Below are positions 60,515-64,000 of a stretch of DNA of 64,000 nucleotides, one piece after another (positions within the stretch are counted from its first letter, which is position 1; the number at the start of each line of letters is the position of its first letter). Source of the stretch: Lysobacterales bacterium (lineage in GTDB: Bacteria > Pseudomonadota > Gammaproteobacteria > Xanthomonadales > SZUA-5); NCBI GenBank assembly GCA_022844165.1, contig JALHMH010000005.1:96001-160000 (forward strand), written 5' to 3'. The position numbers were made by a program, and so were the translations under genes. Below the pieces are notes generated by a model. It did not search any database. It was not told the DNA's origin and was given only the letters and a program-made list of their open reading frames with translations.

Positions 60515-60616
60515 TCCTTGACGGAGCCGGATCTGAACATTTGAGTCTGTTTCTCCGGAGCGGCTTTGGCTTTGGCAGGCCCTTCATTTTCGCGGGCGGC
60601 TTTCAGCGAAAGTCGC
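60515..60616 (-). repeat. Dispersed degenerate intergenic repeat, copy B
   Basis: Minus strand: GCGACTTTCGC..GCCAAAGCCGCTCC (14/14 with copy A)..ACTCA..TCCGTCAAGGA. Confidence 0.6.
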
Positions 60617-60663
60617 CTTGCGACGCTCAATGATCGATACTCCGGATGGCAAAAGCGGCATGC

Positions 60664-62034
60664 TCAGGATCGCTTCCAGCGAGCGCCCTGAGGTGTGTCC
60701 TCGATAACGATTCCGCGGGAGAGCAGTTCATTGCGAATTTGATCGGCGCGAGCGAAGTTCTTGTTTGCGCGCGCGGCCTGGCGTTCGGCCAGCAGGCCGT
60801 CGAGTTCCGCATCCGCACTTGCTTCGCCTTTGAACCAGGCTTCGGGCGACTGCTGCAATAAGCCCAGCCAACGACCGCCGGCCAGTAGCCGCGCTTTGGC
60901 GATCGACCTCGCCTGGGGACCTTCCGCACGCTGCAGATCGCGAGCCAGTTCGCTGAGGGCCGCCAACGCTTGCGGGGAATTCAGATCATCCGACAACGCT
61001 TCGAGTACTGCATCTGCTGCGATGTCAGAGGCCCCACGTACATCTGCGCAATCGCGCAGTGCGCCGTAATAACGATCCAGCGATACGCGGGCTTGTTTGA
61101 GCGCACCATCCGACCAATCGAGTGGTTGCCGATAATGCGCGTTCAGCAATAAATACCTCAGTGCTTCAGGCGGCGCCTGCTGGCGAAGTTGATCCACAAG
61201 CAGAGTGTTCCCAAGCGACTTGCTCATCTTACGGCCATCCACCGTGACAAAGCCGTTATGCATCCAGATTCGCGCAAACTCGGCGCCCGCGTGCGCGCAA
61301 ACACTCTGCGCTACTTCGTTTTCGTGATGCGGAAACTTAAGGTCGGCGCCCCCGGCGTGAATATCGATCGTGTCGCCTAAATGCGCCTCCGCCATGGCAG
61401 AACACTCAATGTGCCATCCCGGCCGTCCCCGGCCCCATGGGCTATCCCATCCCGGCAATTCGGGCGTTGAGGGCTTCCAGAGCACAAAGTCCGCGGCATG
61501 ACGTTTGTAGGGCGCAACCTCAATGCGTGCGCCCGCGATCATTTCTTTCAGGCTGCGTCGCGACAAGCGCCCGTAGTGATCGTAGCTTTCGACCGAAAAC
61601 AACACATGCTCTTCCGCAACATAGGCGTGGCCGCTCGCGATGAGACGCTGGCACATGACGATGATCTGGGCAATGTGCCCGGTCGCCCGGGGTTCGATGT
61701 TGGGCGCAAAATCGCCGTCGACACCCACCGCGCGCATGTCATTCAGATACGCCGCCAGGAATCGATCCGTGATCACCGAAATCGGTACGCCAAGTTCCGC
61801 TGCAGCAGCGTTGATTCTGTCGTCTACGTCAGTGATGTTTCGCGCAAAATCAACGCGCGAATACTGGGCGCGCAACAGGTTGGCCAGCACGCCGAACACA
61901 ACAGGAGGGCGGGCGTTGCCGATATGCGCATAGGAGTACACCGTTGGCCCGCAGACATACATCGTCACGCGATTCGGATCGGCGGGCGCGAACGTTTCGA
62001 CGGTTGCTGTCAGCGTGTTGTAAAGTCGGAGCAT
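60664..62034 (-). CDS. cysS: Cysteine--tRNA ligase
   Basis: [50 protein letters not shown]. Confidence 0.98.
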   Translation of the reverse strand: MLRLYNTLTATVETFAPADPNRVTMYVCGPTVYSYAHIGNARPPVVFGVLANLLRAQYSRVDFARNITDVDDRINAAAAELGVPISVITDRFLAAYLNDMRAVGVDGDFAPNIEPRATGHIAQIIVMCQRLIASGHAYVAEEHVLFSVESYDHYGRLSRRSLKEMIAGARIEVAPYKRHAADFVLWKPSTPELPGWDSPWGRGRPGWHIECSAMAEAHLGDTIDIHAGGADLKFPHHENEVAQSVCAHAGAEFARIWMHNGFVTVDGRKMSKSLGNTLLVDQLRQQAPPEALRYLLLNAHYRQPLDWSDGALKQARVSLDRYYGALRDCADVRGASDIAADAVLEALSDDLNSPQALAALSELARDLQRAEGPQARSIAKARLLAGGRWLGLLQQSPEAWFKGEASADAELDGLLAERQAARANKNFARADQIRNELLSRGIVIEDTPQGARWKRS

Positions 62035-62121
62035 GGGGCGAAATTTCCAGGTCGCAATAGCCGGGCGGGAATCTGACCGCGTCGCAGAGCAAAAAAATCC
62101 GCGACGCCGCAACAGATCAGA

Positions 62122-62712
62122 TCAGGCAATGCGACAAGCCTCATCGAATGACAAACGCGGGCCGCGGGGAAAAAGCCCTGCAGGATCGCCATAACCCAGA
62201 TTAATCAAGAAATTCGACCGGACCTCTGTGCCAGCGAAAAACGCCTCATTGACCATTTGTTGATTGAAGCCACTCATCGGACCGCAGTCCAGACCAAGTG
62301 CCCGCGCAGCGAGCATTAAATAGGCACCCTGGAGTGAACTGTTGCGAAATGCGGCTGCTTCGATCGCAGCGGGTTTGCCTTCGAACCAGCTGCGCGCAGC
62401 CGGCTGGTGCGGAAACAACTTTGGCAATTTTTCGTAAAAGGCGTGGTCGGCGGCGACAATCACTGTGACCGGAGCGGCCATAGTCTTTTCGCGATTGCCT
62501 GCGTCCATTGCCGGTTCGAGCCTGGCTTTAGCTTCCGCCGATTTGACAAACACAAACCGCGCCGGTGAGCAGTTGGCGCTGGTCGGACCCCATTTTAATT
62601 GCTCATACAATGCAAGCAATGTCTCATCACCGACCGGCTTGTCAAGCCAGGTGTTGTGCGTTCGCGCATCACCGAACAGTTGCGCCAATGCAGCGTCATT
62701 CAGAGTTGTCAT
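62122..62712 (-). CDS. Nitroreductase-family malonic semialdehyde reductase (RutE/YcdI-like)
   Basis: [49 protein letters not shown]; AAGGA RBS. Confidence 0.9.
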   Translation of the reverse strand: MTTLNDAALAQLFGDARTHNTWLDKPVGDETLLALYEQLKWGPTSANCSPARFVFVKSAEAKARLEPAMDAGNREKTMAAPVTVIVAADHAFYEKLPKLFPHQPAARSWFEGKPAAIEAAAFRNSSLQGAYLMLAARALGLDCGPMSGFNQQMVNEAFFAGTEVRSNFLINLGYGDPAGLFPRGPRLSFDEACRIA

Positions 62713-62775
62713 GATGATTCCTTTGCCATCGCAAAGCTCGGCATTATGCGGACTTCTGTGTCGACAAAGTGTTCC

Positions 62776-63693
62776 ATGACAAGAACCGTGTGGGTGGTGA
62801 CCGATGGTGCAGCGGGCAATGAGCGCCAGGCGAGCGCATTGGCTCACCGCTTGGGCACGGTCGTTGCCACGCTGGGTGTGCAACCACGTTGGCCCTATTC
62901 ATGGTTGGCACCACAACTTCTGGTGCCAACAGCTGCATGGCGCAATCACTGGCCCAGTCCCTGGCCTGAACTGGCGGTCGGCGCGGGGCGCTTTGGTGCA
63001 GCAGCGCTAAGGACCATTGCACGCTCATCGTCGGCAAAAACAGTGCAGATTCTCGATCCGCGGGTTGCCTCCGAAAAGTTTTCGGCGCTGGTCGTTCCGG
63101 CGCACGACGCAGTCCGTGGGGCCAATGTGGTACGGACGCTGGGGAGCCTGCACGACATCGACAACGCCTGGCTCAAGCGCGAACGTATTGCCTGCGCAGC
63201 AATGTCGCGCCTGCCGGCACCGCGTACCGTCGTCCTGCTGGGCGGGCCGCGGCGCGGGGTCGCCATTGATCGCAGCACCTTCGCAAGACTGACCGATATC
63301 GCCCACGGCTGGCGGCGCGATGGCTCACTAATCCTCGTGACGTCCAGACGCACGCCTCCGGCATGGCTTGACGCACTCAAAGAACTGCGCGCAGACCTGC
63401 GTTGGACCGGTGCGGCCGATGGCCCGAATCCCTATCGCGGAGCGCTCGCCTGGGGCGATCGGTTCATCGTCACCGCCGATTCTGTCAACATGCAATCGGA
63501 AGCACTGGCAACTGGAAAACCGGTGTTTTCCGTATGCAACGGCGTGCCTCGCGGGAAGCTCGGCCGTTTTCACCGCGAGTTAGCCGAGTCCGGCAGATTG
63601 CGTCCATTGCGCGCCGATGCGGCGAGCTGGAGCTATGTCCCGCTTCGTGAACTCGATCGCGTGGTCGCGGAATTGATGGCTTTGTTGGCCTGA
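62776..63693 (+). CDS. ELM1/GtrOC1 family putative glycosyltransferase
   Basis: [61 protein letters not shown]. Confidence 0.88.
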   Translation: MTRTVWVVTDGAAGNERQASALAHRLGTVVATLGVQPRWPYSWLAPQLLVPTAAWRNHWPSPWPELAVGAGRFGAAALRTIARSSSAKTVQILDPRVASEKFSALVVPAHDAVRGANVVRTLGSLHDIDNAWLKRERIACAAMSRLPAPRTVVLLGGPRRGVAIDRSTFARLTDIAHGWRRDGSLILVTSRRTPPAWLDALKELRADLRWTGAADGPNPYRGALAWGDRFIVTADSVNMQSEALATGKPVFSVCNGVPRGKLGRFHRELAESGRLRPLRADAASWSYVPLRELDRVVAELMALLA

Positions 63694-63787
63694 TCAGCTG
63701 ATGTTGTTTAAATGGCGAACATCGACTCTCTGAAGCGCGCTCGTCATCGGCCTATACTGCACTCTTCTCGCTGCGACCCACGGACCG

Positions 63788-64000
63788 ATGGACGACGCTC
63801 TCCGCCAACGCCTGATCGGCGCTGCCGTCATTATTCTCCTGGCGGTGATATTCGTACCGATGTTGCTCGACGCGCCCAAAGAGACGACGGCAGCACGCGA
63901 GCAGCTCGATCTGACCATCCCGCCACCCGGCGAACCCGGCATGGAGACGCGGCGATTGCCACTGGATCCGTCGATGACGGCGCCTGCACCCGTGCCACGC
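63788..64000 (+). CDS. dedD: DedD-like SPOR domain cell-division protein (5' part; runs off the right edge)
   Basis: Not in the ORF track. Translation MDDALRQRLIGAAVIILLAVIFVPMLLD... matches the DedD N-terminal anchor, followed by a Pro-rich linker; TATACT upstream. Confidence 0.8.
   Translation, partial: MDDALRQRLIGAAVIILLAVIFVPMLLDAPKETTAAREQLDLTIPPPGEPGMETRRLPLDPSMTAPAPVPR

Noticed and set aside
60508-60630. N-terminal extension of the glycosyltransferase given by the ORF track
   Set aside because: It coincides with repeat copy B. An AAGGA RBS and the domain start favour ATG 60507.

Overview
Gene-dense, GC-rich chromosomal window from a gammaproteobacterium, most likely Lysobacterales (Xanthomonadales). 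The placement is inferred from the PilT sequence, class III phaEC and the rutE-like/ELM1 pair. About 60 CDS are present, mostly housekeeping: dusB (partial)-lpxH-ppiA; ribH-nusB-thiL-pgpA-trxB; a DUF1800/DUF1501 pair; yqgE-yqgF-pyrR-pyrB-pyrC'; fadN-fadA; pilZ, mgtE, an FdhF/YdeP oxidoreductase, yggS/pilT; TonB receptor-PlpD-like patatin-carbonic anhydrase; phaE-phaC-mtgA; a B12 radical SAM enzyme divergent from a hybrid kinase; purM-purN; yjgA/pmbA-iaaA; folC; a frameshifted Uma2 gene; acnA; a GGDEF protein; a small secreted protein-YtrA-ABC module; rsmE and two glycosyltransferases; cysS; rutE-like/ELM1; and dedD (partial). I found no tRNA, rRNA, CRISPR array, prophage or intact transposase, and I cannot demonstrate a clearly new multi-gene system. 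The best leads are: (1) a degenerate dispersed intergenic repeat family (three main copies plus fragments); (2) a small exported protein heading a YtrA/ABC operon with a visible palindromic operator; (3) a geometry suggesting a ~16 kb inversion that split folC from dedD; (4) phaEC coupled to mtgA; (5) the DUF1800/DUF1501 exported pair with an unexplained N-terminal motif. All family assignments come from motif recognition by eye, not database searches.
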